Virus record (IMG/VR): IMGVR_UViG_3300033407_000069
Coordinates: 1 to 37,525 of that record
DNA: 37,525 bases
Source: a virus
Taxonomy: Duplodnaviria > Caudoviricetes
Direction: 5' to 3' (one strand)
Position 1 is the first letter of the stretch. Every line of letters starts with the position of its first letter. Shown piece by piece: positions 1 to 9,079 of this stretch. Below the pieces are notes generated by a model. It was not told the DNA's origin and did no database searches. It saw only the letters and a program-made list of their open reading frames with translations. Position numbers and translations under genes: made by a program.

Positions 1-901
1 CAGCAGCTCCCTGCCGAATGAGCATGGCATGCTGGACGCCGAGGATCGTGTTCGCGAACGTCGGGGCCGTGAGCGTGCTGATCTCCTCCTCCGTTGCGTT
101 ACTCGCACCGCAGTTGTTAGTCGTGTCACCGTCGTTCGCGGCGAACGCTGCCCAGTCGTCCCAGTGGGCGTAGCTGCCTGTCGTGCTGCCTGCTGTGCAA
201 TCCGTGTGGTCACCAAACTGCACGATGTCGCCGTCGCCGTCGGGGTACATGAACAACACTTCGGGGTACATCGTCGTCGGGTCGATGTCGTCGGCGTTCG
301 GACTCGTCGCCTGGACGAACTGCGCCCAGTCGCGGTTGCCCGTGACATTGGAATCAACACCGCCCGGGCTGTTCCAGCCCGTCCAGTGCTCGACAAAGCC
401 GTCGGTGCTTCCGGCTGTCGTTGCGGAAAGCTCCAGCACATGGTCGATCCAAACATCGCAGGCTTGCGTTGACGTGTTGTAGCGGACAATGAAGAGGTGC
501 GGGCTGCTCGTTCCCGTAGCGTAGGCAGTCGTTCCCGTGTCATTTGAGACAGTGCTGCTTCGGAGGTTCACCGTGAAGCCGCCAGCGTTGTAGACGGCAA
601 GGAGATTGAGCTTACCACCACTGTCTGTTCCAGGCCCCCAGATGCCCGCCGACTCGCCCGCTGCCAGGGCTGGACACCACCACCAGAACATGACCCAGAC
701 GTAGGCGTCGTTGGCAGCCTGGTTGGCAAAGGGGAATGTGCCAAGAATGCGTTCGTCATATGCAGCGGCAAGCCGCACTCGCGCGCAGCTATAGGGGTTG
801 GTGCCCGTAGTGACGATTGACAGGAGGGCGTCAGCCTGGATGCCAGAATGGTTGATCCAGTATCCCCCAGCCATCTGGACGGTAACGTCGGCCAGGCTCA
901 C
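1..901 (-). CDS. Virion/tail-tip protein, lectin-like beta-sandwich (partial, runs off left edge; not in ORF track)
   Basis: Manual translation from GTG at 901 (AAGGA upstream): MSLADVTVQMAGGYWINHSG...VWVMFWWW...PHLFIVRYNTSTQACDVWIDHVLELS...MYPDGDGD...TILGVQH. The frame is open for about 300 codons, is Thr/Gly/Asp/Trp-rich and sits at the end of the fibre cluster. Confidence 0.7.
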   Translation of the reverse strand, partial: MSLADVTVQMAGGYWINHSGIQADALLSIVTTGTNPYSCARVRLAAAYDERILGTFPFANQAANDAYVWVMFWWWCPALAAGESAGIWGPGTDSGGKLNLLAVYNAGGFTVNLRSSTVSNDTGTTAYATGTSSPHLFIVRYNTSTQACDVWIDHVLELSATTAGSTDGFVEHWTGWNSPGGVDSNVTGNRDWAQFVQATSPNADDIDPTTMYPEVLFMYPDGDGDIVQFGDHTDCTAGSTTGSYAHWDDWAAFAANDGDTTNNCGASNATEEEISTLTAPTFANTILGVQHAMLIRQGAA

Positions 902-903
902 TG

Positions 904-912
904 TGCTATCCT
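904..912 (+). promoter_or_regulatory. Putative extended -10 promoter (TGC-TATCCT) for a leaderless antisense ORF
   Basis: TGn-TAnnnT match ending 6 nt before the GTG at 919. Confidence 0.4.
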
Positions 913-918
913 TGCGGC

Positions 919-1059
919 GTGAACATCATCCGCCGCGCCTGGTACCGCCTCTTCGGGTACCCGTTCAGTTGGGCTGGGCCTTGGGAGGAAACCGACTGGA
1001 CGCCGCCGCCCGCCTTCTGGGTTGAGACCAAAGAGACCCGCCCCGCCGACGAATCTTAG
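919..1059 (+). CDS. 46-aa antisense microprotein (MNIIRRAWYRLFGYPFSWAGPWEETDWTPPPAFWVETKETRPADES)
   Basis: Fills the gap between two minus-strand genes. Its stop overlaps the convergent stop at 1056-1058, and it shares RRAWxRLFGxP with the ORF at 28207-28338. Confidence 0.55.
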   Translation: MNIIRRAWYRLFGYPFSWAGPWEETDWTPPPAFWVETKETRPADES

Positions 1060-1640
1060 ACCACCCATATTCTCGTCACGTCGTAGGCCTGCCCCGCACT
1101 GGGCAGCCAGATCAGCACGTCATTAGGCGACACGAGCCGTCCCGCGATGGCGCGCAGGTGCGTGAGGTTGCGGTCTTCGAAGGTGTCGGAGTCGCGCAGG
1201 TGCGCGAGGCTGTAGACCTTCGCGCCGAAGACGAGCTTCCACGTCTGGGCGATCATCCACGCCGCGAGCGGGTCGGCGGGGTTGGCCGGGAAAATCGCGT
1301 AGACCAGCCAGCCGCGCGACGCGGGCCACGCCGCCTCCGCTGCCAGCATCGCGGCCCGAAAGGGGCCGAGCAGCTTCGGCTGCGCCATCCGCTCCAGCGG
1401 CAAGAGCCACACCACCACCACCTCCAGCTCGTGCGGGTTGACATCGATCCAGCAAAGCGCGTCCACGTCACCCGTGAGCGCGTCGGTGCCGACGCGGGCG
1501 AAGACGCCAGGCGCCGACTCCATGTGGCGCGCGAGCTGCGCCTTGTCCCACTCGGAGAACGTGCGCGCCGTCGTGGGGTCGCGCGAGGCGAGCAGCTCCA
1601 GCGCGTCGGCGTCCTCGCGTGTGGCGAGGCGGACAGCCAT
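1056..1640 (-). CDS. Hypothetical protein, possible GNAT-like fold
   Basis: 194 aa, coupled to the upstream gene by TAATG. N-terminus VRLATREDADAL resembles the first strand/helix of GNAT acetyltransferases. Confidence 0.55.
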   Translation of the reverse strand: MAVRLATREDADALELLASRDPTTARTFSEWDKAQLARHMESAPGVFARVGTDALTGDVDALCWIDVNPHELEVVVVWLLPLERMAQPKLLGPFRAAMLAAEAAWPASRGWLVYAIFPANPADPLAAWMIAQTWKLVFGAKVYSLAHLRDSDTFEDRNLTHLRAIAGRLVSPNDVLIWLPSAGQAYDVTRIWVV

Positions 1641-2242
1641 TAGGCCACCGCGCTCACGACATCTCGATCCCCGTAGATGTAGATCGAAATGTTGATCGCG
1701 TCCGTGCGGGCCGTCGTCTGTACGACGGTAATCACGTCGGCGTCGGCCAGGTCAGCCTCGGTAAACGCTACGGGCGTGGCCGACGTGGGAATACGAGCGC
1801 CGGATGGGATTGTGATCGTTGCGCTCGTAATGTCCGTACCGTTCTTCTGGAGCTTGAACGTCACGTCCCCGCCGACGTTGGAAGCAGCGCGGGCGTAGAG
1901 CTTATTGATCCGATGCCCGACGTTGTAGGGCTTCTTGTGAATCCAGTCCTCAAGCTGCGTCGCGGCGGATGCCACGATAGGGTTGGCGAGCGGGATGCGT
2001 AGCTCTAGGTCTGTCTGGACTGTAGGAATATCCCCCGCGACCAGCGCCGCAAACGTCGGCGCGGCTGCCACGCCGTTAGCCTGAAGGAACGTGCCATCCG
2101 CGCCCAGCGCCAGCTCTACAACCTCCGCCGAACCATCGATGTAGAGCAGCTTCCAATTTCCAGCCGCTTCCAGATCGGCAATATCTATGAGCTTGAACGA
2201 CCCGCTCGATTGCTGGATTTTGGCAATGACTGTTACCGGCAT
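1640..2242 (-). CDS. Tail fibre/adaptor protein
   Basis: 200 aa with a fibre-like segment (LALGADGTFLQANGVAAAPTF) and a beta-rich C-terminal domain; tail cluster. Confidence 0.65.
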   Translation of the reverse strand: MPVTVIAKIQQSSGSFKLIDIADLEAAGNWKLLYIDGSAEVVELALGADGTFLQANGVAAAPTFAALVAGDIPTVQTDLELRIPLANPIVASAATQLEDWIHKKPYNVGHRINKLYARAASNVGGDVTFKLQKNGTDITSATITIPSGARIPTSATPVAFTEADLADADVITVVQTTARTDAINISIYIYGDRDVVSAVA

Positions 2243-2243
2243 A

Positions 2244-3404
2244 TCACGTCACCACCACCGTTGTTGTTTCTGTCAGGAGGTTGTCCGAGCGCCATAGCCG
2301 GTATGTCTCCACAAAGCCGGAATCGTTGGTATGGGAGATCGTTCCCATGTCCGTAAAGCCTCCAGGAAACCCGCCGACAGTAAACGTGGGCGTTCCCGCA
2401 AGCGCATCTCGGTAGGCGAACCAGATGTATTCGCCCGAAGTCGTTACATTCCAACTGCCCGCGTAGTCTGCATCGAGGGCCGAGCCGCCGTTGCCAGTAG
2501 CGTCCAACGCGAGCACCTGGGCAGACGAAAGGGCGGCCGCCTGCGAGTTCGGGCCGAAATACTTGCGGTTGAGGAACGTCAGTGTGTGATCGCTCGTGAA
2601 GGCCGAGCCATTGATAGTAGCCGCGAGCCTCCAGGTCTTTACCGCGCCGACCGTAACGGTTTCCTTGTTGATCGCTGGCTCGCCAACGTAGGACGTGAAG
2701 GGCGTTACCAGCGTGATCGGATAGTCGGCGGGGTTCACCTCCGGGTCTGCGCCCGTGTAGGACTGAATGTCGATAGTGGCTGCTGTGACCGTGCCCACAT
2801 AGGCCGCCGTGAAGTTCGGCGTCACCGTGCCGCTGGAGGCGATTTCCGTGTTCCCCAAGCCGTCGTCAAAGCTCGTGATCTGCGCGGGCTCCATGATGTC
2901 TACAGCGTTCAGATACGCAGCGACAAAGGCACTCCCGTCCCACGCAAGCACCTGGCGAGCCGTCCCGGCTTTATTGTTCCACTGACTGGTCGTCGTCGTA
3001 TGCGCCTGGTCCGCGCCCGTGGTAAAGGATTGAGCGCCACGCATCGGCACGTAGGCCGCTAGGTCGCTGTCCCCGACAAGGGCGATCATCTCCTCGGACT
3101 CCAGGACGATGTTCGTCCCGCCCGGCAGCAGCAGCGCCCGCTGCGTCCCCGCAGGCGTCTCGTTATGGCGCAGCGTGATCGTGTCGCCGGTGTCGGCGCG
3201 CAGCACGAGGACATGGCCGTCGTAGTCGCTGGGGCCAGGGATGTCGGCGGTGTCGATGAAGTCCAGGAAGTCCGCCGTGCCCGACTCGGCGGCTACGACG
3301 TGCATGTCCAGCGTGGGCGTGATCGCCCCCGACGCGATGGTCAGCGTGGACTTGTCGCGGGTGCTCGCTGTGACCCAGTTCGCGCCGGTCGCGTCTTCAG
3401 GCAT
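2244..3404 (-). CDS. Tail fibre-like structural protein
   Basis: 386 aa, Thr/Ala/Gly-rich, multi-domain, AGGAG RBS; tail cluster. Confidence 0.7.
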   Translation of the reverse strand: MPEDATGANWVTASTRDKSTLTIASGAITPTLDMHVVAAESGTADFLDFIDTADIPGPSDYDGHVLVLRADTGDTITLRHNETPAGTQRALLLPGGTNIVLESEEMIALVGDSDLAAYVPMRGAQSFTTGADQAHTTTTSQWNNKAGTARQVLAWDGSAFVAAYLNAVDIMEPAQITSFDDGLGNTEIASSGTVTPNFTAAYVGTVTAATIDIQSYTGADPEVNPADYPITLVTPFTSYVGEPAINKETVTVGAVKTWRLAATINGSAFTSDHTLTFLNRKYFGPNSQAAALSSAQVLALDATGNGGSALDADYAGSWNVTTSGEYIWFAYRDALAGTPTFTVGGFPGGFTDMGTISHTNDSGFVETYRLWRSDNLLTETTTVVVT

Positions 3405-3417
3405 CTAACCGAGTCTC

Positions 3418-4587
3418 CTACGACGTGACATTGTTGGCCTTCTGCGTAGCGAACCCAGCATCTACGAAAGCTGCCGAGACGTTGCCGCCGAGCTGATTCA
3501 GCGCAAGGATGTTGAAGTTGCAGGCGAAGCTCGGAATCTCTACGCCCGTATCGAAGTTCGTCAGCGTGTTCTGGCTGATGATGTTCCGGTCCTCGGCTGT
3601 ACCAGCCAGCTTTACGCCCACGCCGACGCCCTCGCCCCGCAGATTGAGATTCGACACGGTGCAGCGGCTCGCGCCGTCCAGGATGACGCCATCGATGGCC
3701 CCCAGGCCCACGCCAGGAGCGCTCTGTAGCCCTGACGCAATCGTCCCGTCTGAGGCGGTGCGGACGATGAACGGCGGGGCTACCGTCGGTGTTCCTGATT
3801 GGATGACGAAGCCGCCGCGAACAGCCACACCCTCGGCTGTGGAAGCGATGTTGATGTGGCCGCCGTTTGCGCCCGCGCTCCCCGTGTCGGCGATATAGAT
3901 GCAGCCCTCGATCAGGAGGCCCTGGAGAAGCCCTGCCGATCCGGCGACTTCAATCCCCGCGACAGTCGGGCTGGTGGGCATCTGGATCGTACAGTTCCGG
4001 ATGGTATTCTCGATGCCCCGTGTCAGCCGGAAGGCCGGGCCGGCATTGAAATAACATCCCTCTACAAGCCAGACGTTGGCGACAACGCTCGTAGACATGC
4101 AGTAGGCGTCACTCGCGGCTGCGCTGCCCGCGAAGTTCTGGAATCGGCAGACCCGCACCTTGCCCTGTGTGACCATCGAGACCGAACGGACGCAATTGTC
4201 GAAGATTATGAACTCGGTTAGACCGGCCGTCTGCACCGTTGATGTCGTGTTCGTCCCATTCTTCACCGTGGCCGCCTCAAACCGCCCGTTGTTGATGATC
4301 CTGAACGCGCCCATGTCCAGGATCACGCCCTGCCACTCGCCCTCCAGCCAGCCGCTCACGGGCACGGTGACGTTCGCTGTGGGCGCATGCGTCCCGTCCG
4401 CTAGGATGACGTGCCGAAAGCCCGCGTCGAATGCATCCTGGATACTCTCGCCCGGCCTCACGATGGTCGAGACGGGATAGACGGCGGACACGAGGAAGTC
4501 CCGCACATCCTGGGGCGAGATATCGCCCGCCGTGTTGTCGGCCAGAAGCGTCTGGAGCGCCGTGAGGCTGCGCACTGTATCGGCCAT
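3418..4587 (-). CDS. Tailspike-like protein with right-handed beta-helix (pectin lyase-like) repeats
   Basis: Start corrected to ATG 4587 (MADTVRS). SIQDAFDAG...VILADGTH lead-in is followed by repeats such as LVEGCYF, TIRNCTI, LIEGCIY, CTVSNLN and NIISQN. Confidence 0.8.
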   Translation of the reverse strand: MADTVRSLTALQTLLADNTAGDISPQDVRDFLVSAVYPVSTIVRPGESIQDAFDAGFRHVILADGTHAPTANVTVPVSGWLEGEWQGVILDMGAFRIINNGRFEAATVKNGTNTTSTVQTAGLTEFIIFDNCVRSVSMVTQGKVRVCRFQNFAGSAAASDAYCMSTSVVANVWLVEGCYFNAGPAFRLTRGIENTIRNCTIQMPTSPTVAGIEVAGSAGLLQGLLIEGCIYIADTGSAGANGGHINIASTAEGVAVRGGFVIQSGTPTVAPPFIVRTASDGTIASGLQSAPGVGLGAIDGVILDGASRCTVSNLNLRGEGVGVGVKLAGTAEDRNIISQNTLTNFDTGVEIPSFACNFNILALNQLGGNVSAAFVDAGFATQKANNVTS

Positions 4588-4591
4588 CGGC

Positions 4592-6361
4592 TTACACCAG
4601 CGCCCCCACCTGGCTGCGCCGCTGGAGGTCAGCCAGCAGCCGCTCAAGCGTCTGCGGGCGGCGGCCCAGCGCTACCTTGATCGTCTCCCCCACGCTGGCG
4701 TCCAGCGTCACCGCGATCTCATCGATGCGCCGGTCAACCGTCTCGCCGATGTCGCGGAATGAGACCGTTACGTCATCGCCGACATCGAAGTGCGTCCGGT
4801 ACAGCGTGGGACCGACCGAGATTGGCTCCATGCGCGCAGCCCGCGCGTCCAGCATGGCCTGAGCGATCGCGACGTTGCCCGCTTGGTCGAGCTTCGCGTT
4901 CGTATCGGCGTCGCGCGCATCCAGAACGCCCTCTCGCCGGAAGTGGCCGCTGATATGGTCAGCATCCTGCACCTCCCGCACGATGCGGGCTGCGCCCTGG
5001 CCATCGCCGAGCACGTAGAGGAAGTTGGAGAGGCGCAGCGAGTCCTCTACGTAGATACTGCCAGCGACGTTATTCAGCCCCTCCACACTGAACACGACAG
5101 GGGAGCTGCCAGTCCCCGCCGTCTTGTCGAGACGCGATCTGATGATGTAGGCGTAGTTGTCGTTGCTGTCGATGACGATCTCGTGCGTGAGGTCGCCCGC
5201 ATACGCCAGGTCAGCCAGCGCCTCGGCGAGCGGCTTGAAGCGGGCATTGTAATCGACGTCCCCGCCGCGCGCCGAATCGCCCGGCATGATGAAGTCCACC
5301 GCGATCTCATTGGCGATAGCGCGGTCATCATCGGCGGGCGCTACGAGATGCGCGTTCAGGTAATAGAGCATCGCCGTCTCCGCCGCCACGCCGGTCTGCG
5401 TATCGAACTCGGAGACGCCGGGGTTGATAGCGCGTCCAGTCAGCCACCAGCCCTTGAGGTCAGGGCCGGAGAGCGTCCAACGGCGCGTCTCGCTATCGTA
5501 CTCCCGACGAGCGATGACCCCGGCGAACTCATATGCACCGTCACGCCGGACTTCGATCACCTGGTCAAGCCCAACATGCGCATCATCTTCGAGCTGGTCC
5601 TTATCCACGACGAGCGTAAAGGTGCCGCCCTCCACGGCGCGGCGCGTCCACGTCATTTTCCGCCAGCTCTTGAACGTCTCGGAGAGCTTGAGCGTGCGAG
5701 GCGAGCGGGCGCGGACGGCGTACTCGGCTGGCTGAGCGGCCACTACCGCCACGAGTGACATGGCCGACATAGACCAGTGGGGTGTGCTGGGGTTCGTGTA
5801 TGTCCAGGACATCGCGACGCTCGCCGCTGCCGCTCCGTTCTCGTGGCTCCCTGCCCCTCGCGCCTGGCCGGTGTCAGAGCGGTTCCAATGCTCCGTCTGC
5901 CCCGCGCCTACGGTCAGCACAGCCGGAGAGCCCGCCTGGTTGCGCGCGTGGATCACGTCCACGACGACCTCGCCAATGCCGGACAGAACCGTCACGCTTG
6001 GGCTGCTGTCATCCGCGCTGGCGCCCGCCTGCGCCAGTAGTCCGCTTACTCCGAAGTAGGAGTGAGCGCCGCCCACGAGTCCCCCTGACGCGCTCACGGT
6101 CGCGATCACGTTGAATGAGCCGGGCGGCGGGTCGAGCAAGTAGCAAAGGGAAGTCTTCACGTGCACGCTCGTCGCCCCACAGCTATCAGTCCGCAGAAGC
6201 GTCAGCGCGATGCCGTTGTACGTGACCGAGGTAAAGGTAGCGTCCGCCCGATAGCCGATCCCGACAACAAGAATCTTTGCTCCTCCCGCGCAGACGTGCG
6301 CCCATGAGAGGAACGAAGCGTTCGCCGCGTGAGAGGATGCGCTGTCGAGTGTGATCGGCAT
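4592..6361 (-). CDS. Baseplate hub (siphovirus Gp37-like) with an extra N-terminal beta-sandwich domain
   Basis: C-terminal about 380 aa has WTRR..GGTFTL, NFLYVLGDGQGAARI, RREGVLDARD and YRTHFDVGDDVTV. Lies downstream of Dit. Confidence 0.8.
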   Translation of the reverse strand: MPITLDSASSHAANASFLSWAHVCAGGAKILVVGIGYRADATFTSVTYNGIALTLLRTDSCGATSVHVKTSLCYLLDPPPGSFNVIATVSASGGLVGGAHSYFGVSGLLAQAGASADDSSPSVTVLSGIGEVVVDVIHARNQAGSPAVLTVGAGQTEHWNRSDTGQARGAGSHENGAAAASVAMSWTYTNPSTPHWSMSAMSLVAVVAAQPAEYAVRARSPRTLKLSETFKSWRKMTWTRRAVEGGTFTLVVDKDQLEDDAHVGLDQVIEVRRDGAYEFAGVIARREYDSETRRWTLSGPDLKGWWLTGRAINPGVSEFDTQTGVAAETAMLYYLNAHLVAPADDDRAIANEIAVDFIMPGDSARGGDVDYNARFKPLAEALADLAYAGDLTHEIVIDSNDNYAYIIRSRLDKTAGTGSSPVVFSVEGLNNVAGSIYVEDSLRLSNFLYVLGDGQGAARIVREVQDADHISGHFRREGVLDARDADTNAKLDQAGNVAIAQAMLDARAARMEPISVGPTLYRTHFDVGDDVTVSFRDIGETVDRRIDEIAVTLDASVGETIKVALGRRPQTLERLLADLQRRSQVGALV

Positions 6362-6365
6362 CGCT

Positions 6366-6665
6366 TTACAGCTCGCTCACCAGGGCACGGGCAGCGGCGC
6401 GGAATACCTCTTGCTCCGCGTCCGCAAGCTCGCCCCATGTGCGGTTCAGGAGCCGCGCGACCGAGATGTCCTTGCGCTGGAGGGCGGCGTGGAGGACGCG
6501 GGCAAGGGCGGGCTCGTCGGCGCGCTGTACGCGAGCCATCTCGGTAAGCTGCGCCGCCTCCGCCTCCATCCGGGCGCGCAGGCGCGAGTCCAGTTCCGTG
6601 CTAGCGCGAAGGAGCAGGTCGCTGGCGGTGCGTTCGAGGAGGGCCGGGTCTTTGGTCGTCATCAC
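6366..6665 (-). CDS. Hypothetical helical protein (99 aa)
   Basis: Overlaps the upstream stop and fills the gap in the operon. Confidence 0.6.
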   Translation of the reverse strand: MMTTKDPALLERTASDLLLRASTELDSRLRARMEAEAAQLTEMARVQRADEPALARVLHAALQRKDISVARLLNRTWGELADAEQEVFRAAARALVSEL

Positions 6666-7312
6666 AATATGCCAATCGCGAGATGTGACTTGTTCAGATT
6701 CGCCTGCTTTGCCGCGAACGTGTAAAGCTCAAACTCATCGCTTGTGCTGGTGTGCGTATAGTCGAAGCTGCCCGTTGCGCCGACCGCCGTTTGAATCTTG
6801 TCGCAGACGTGCATGAGGTCATCGGCGGGCGTGTTCAGGTTATCTATGCGCTCCGTGAATCCTGTCGGCACTACCAACGCGCCCGGGTCTCCATCGGCCT
6901 GCAAGAAGAGAATGATCAGATCGTTTTTCCGGGTCGTCGTTACGCCTGGGGCATTCGAGATGGTGCGAGCCGCGTCGGCCTCCTCAAAGTCCGCCTCGGC
7001 GTCTTGTAGATCGCCGCCCAGGAGACCCCGATATGCAATGATGATGCCCTGCTTGTTGTGTGACACGTCGCTCGTCCATAGATGAGTTGCTGGGTCGCCG
7101 ACCCCTGCGACTTTGTAGTAGACGTTCAGCTCTTTCTTATGGAGTAGCGTCACCCATCCAATCGGCATAGCGAACACGGTGTCGCTTGCGCTGCCGTTGA
7201 CGACGGCGAAGAGCACGTCGCCGACTACTACGCCGCTGGGCGGACTCAACGTCAGCTCCGTACCGGGGTTGACCTGGGCCTGCGCGCCTGCTCCGAGATA
7301 GAGGATGCCCAT
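6662..7312 (-). CDS. Minor tail protein, beta-sandwich
   Basis: LTLSPPSGVVVGDVLFAVV...PIGWVTL...VYYKVAG motif typical of virion beta-sandwich domains. Confidence 0.7.
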   Translation of the reverse strand: MGILYLGAGAQAQVNPGTELTLSPPSGVVVGDVLFAVVNGSASDTVFAMPIGWVTLLHKKELNVYYKVAGVGDPATHLWTSDVSHNKQGIIIAYRGLLGGDLQDAEADFEEADAARTISNAPGVTTTRKNDLIILFLQADGDPGALVVPTGFTERIDNLNTPADDLMHVCDKIQTAVGATGSFDYTHTSTSDEFELYTFAAKQANLNKSHLAIGIL

Positions 7313-7315
7313 CGA

Positions 7316-8164
7316 CTAACCAGCCCCGAAGAGAATGATCGTCGCGTAGGTGATGCTCGTGACGCTGTCGACGTTGAACCGGAGCCGCTGACCCGCTGCG
7401 AGATCGACTGTCCATTGAGTACCGCCCGCGATGTTGAGGTTCTGCGCCTTCGTACCGGACGCGACGATCTCCGGTTCGTCAGTGCCCGCTATGCTGTCGG
7501 CATCTGTGGGCGGATAGTTGGCATAGGTATCGGCCCACACGTCAACGACAATCGCGCCAGACTGGTCAGCGAGGACTTCCCATCCATAGAGATGCAGGGG
7601 ACGTGGGATCGGTATGTCACCCGCAGCGATGCCTGTAGCAATGACTGCCCCGCCGCCGTCAATCACGAACGGGATGGCGACGCGGTTCGTGAACTCGCGC
7701 TCGTCGGTCAGCGCGGCGATGACACCGCTCGTCGCGTGCGTGAAGGAGCAGATCGGTATCTCCCAGGTCACGCCATCCGTCTGGGTCAACGCGGGCAGCG
7801 ATGCCGTGCCGTCCGCTGAGCTGATGACGGCGAGCCGCACGGTCTGCGCTGTCCAGTCCTTCTGCAGCACCAGCCGCTTCCCCGTGGTGCCCACCGTGGG
7901 CGTTGTCATCGTCTTCGTCTCGGCAGCGGTGTTCTCGTAGGCTGTGCCGTCCACGATGGCCCCGCCGGTGTCGGCGCGCACCTGGTCGTCGCCGGGCGAG
8001 GTGGGCCGGAGGCTGTTTAGGAAGGCCCCAACCACGCCGACGTTCGCGCTACCGAGCGAGCCGCCCGCGCCGTGCAGGCGGAGGAGCTGCCGCCACTCGT
8101 CGTCGGTGTAAGTCCCGGCGTCGCCGGTCGAGGTGCCGTCCCAGGGAAGAGACCTTTCAGTCAT
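7316..8164 (-). CDS. Baseplate/fibre attachment protein
   Basis: 282 aa directly after Dit; N-terminal DTGGAIVDG..YEN...PALTQTDGVTWEIPI plus a C-terminal adaptor-like domain. Confidence 0.7.
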   Translation of the reverse strand: MTERSLPWDGTSTGDAGTYTDDEWRQLLRLHGAGGSLGSANVGVVGAFLNSLRPTSPGDDQVRADTGGAIVDGTAYENTAAETKTMTTPTVGTTGKRLVLQKDWTAQTVRLAVISSADGTASLPALTQTDGVTWEIPICSFTHATSGVIAALTDEREFTNRVAIPFVIDGGGAVIATGIAAGDIPIPRPLHLYGWEVLADQSGAIVVDVWADTYANYPPTDADSIAGTDEPEIVASGTKAQNLNIAGGTQWTVDLAAGQRLRFNVDSVTSITYATIILFGAG

Positions 8165-8168
8165 CGCA

Positions 8169-9017
8169 TCACACTCCTAGAAACCGTGTCCACCAATCGA
8201 AGCTCCACGTCACGCTGCCCGTGCTGCCGGGCACGGTGATCTTGACCGTGTTGTTGCCGGTCGCGAGCGGCCAGAACTCGGAGTCGGTCGTGAGCCTGTC
8301 CAGCACACTGACGCCCTCCAGCTCTACCGTCCGCGCCTTCATATCGATCTCCAGTGTCTCGCCGGACGCAACGTCCAGGCCATCGAAGTTGAGATACTTC
8401 CCAGTCGTGACGTTCTCGATCTTGGGGTCGCTGAACGCGCCGTCATCGTTAGAGATGACGGGCCATGTCTCCACGTCGCCGGTGTTGTTCTGGACGCTGC
8501 TCGCGTTGTCCGGCCCGTACTGGATCGGAAAGGTGACGGGGAACGCTAGCTGCGTCGGCGTGACAGCGATGGTGGGGACGTTCTGCGCCGTGTCGTACCA
8601 GGTCGGATCGGGGCAGTAGAGCTGAAGAGTCGCGAACTCGGTCCGGGGCCCTTCATGGTTCGTGAAGTCTGCGCCGCGCTCGATGTAGCACTTGAGCCCA
8701 TACTCCACGCCCGCGCTGTCCGGCTTCCACTTCAGCGTCCCCTCGCCGAGCTTCGGGTTGAGCCGCCGAACGAGTAGGCGGCGCTGCACCTGCAGATTCT
8801 CGAAGCTCGTGCCCATGAGGCGGAGGGCGACGATGAGGAAGCGCGGCTCCAACAGCGTCCGAATGTAGGTCTCGCCGTCCTGCAGTGGCGTCCTGACGGC
8901 GTGATGGTCGAGGCCGGGGATGCCAGCGCCGCGCAGCTCGCGAAGGCGATAGTTCGTGCTGTCGTGGAGGTCCAGCACGTTCGCGTTGGCATCAGTGTAG
9001 GTCAAGGTGGCGGCCAT
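8169..9017 (-). CDS. Distal tail protein (Dit, siphovirus tail component)
   Basis: First tail gene after the tape measure; LNPKLGEGTL, LYCPDPTWY, NTGDVETWPVI and SEFWPLATGNNTV motifs. Confidence 0.85.
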   Translation of the reverse strand: MAATLTYTDANANVLDLHDSTNYRLRELRGAGIPGLDHHAVRTPLQDGETYIRTLLEPRFLIVALRLMGTSFENLQVQRRLLVRRLNPKLGEGTLKWKPDSAGVEYGLKCYIERGADFTNHEGPRTEFATLQLYCPDPTWYDTAQNVPTIAVTPTQLAFPVTFPIQYGPDNASSVQNNTGDVETWPVISNDDGAFSDPKIENVTTGKYLNFDGLDVASGETLEIDMKARTVELEGVSVLDRLTTDSEFWPLATGNNTVKITVPGSTGSVTWSFDWWTRFLGV

Positions 9018-9023
9018 CTAGGC

Positions 9024-9053
9024 TTGACTCCTTATGGCACGGAGCGGTAGGAT
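9024..9053 (+). promoter_or_regulatory. Sigma70-type promoter TTGACT-N18-TAGGAT
   Basis: Near-consensus hexamers upstream of the AAGGAGGT RBS (9065-9072) of the antisense lipoprotein gene. Confidence 0.6.
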
Positions 9054-9079
9054 AGGAGCCCCGTAAGGAGGTCGTGACC

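Noticed and set aside
1-8164. Diversity-generating retroelement or invertible tail-fibre cassette
   Set aside because: No reverse transcriptase, invertase or template/variable repeat pair seen in the window.
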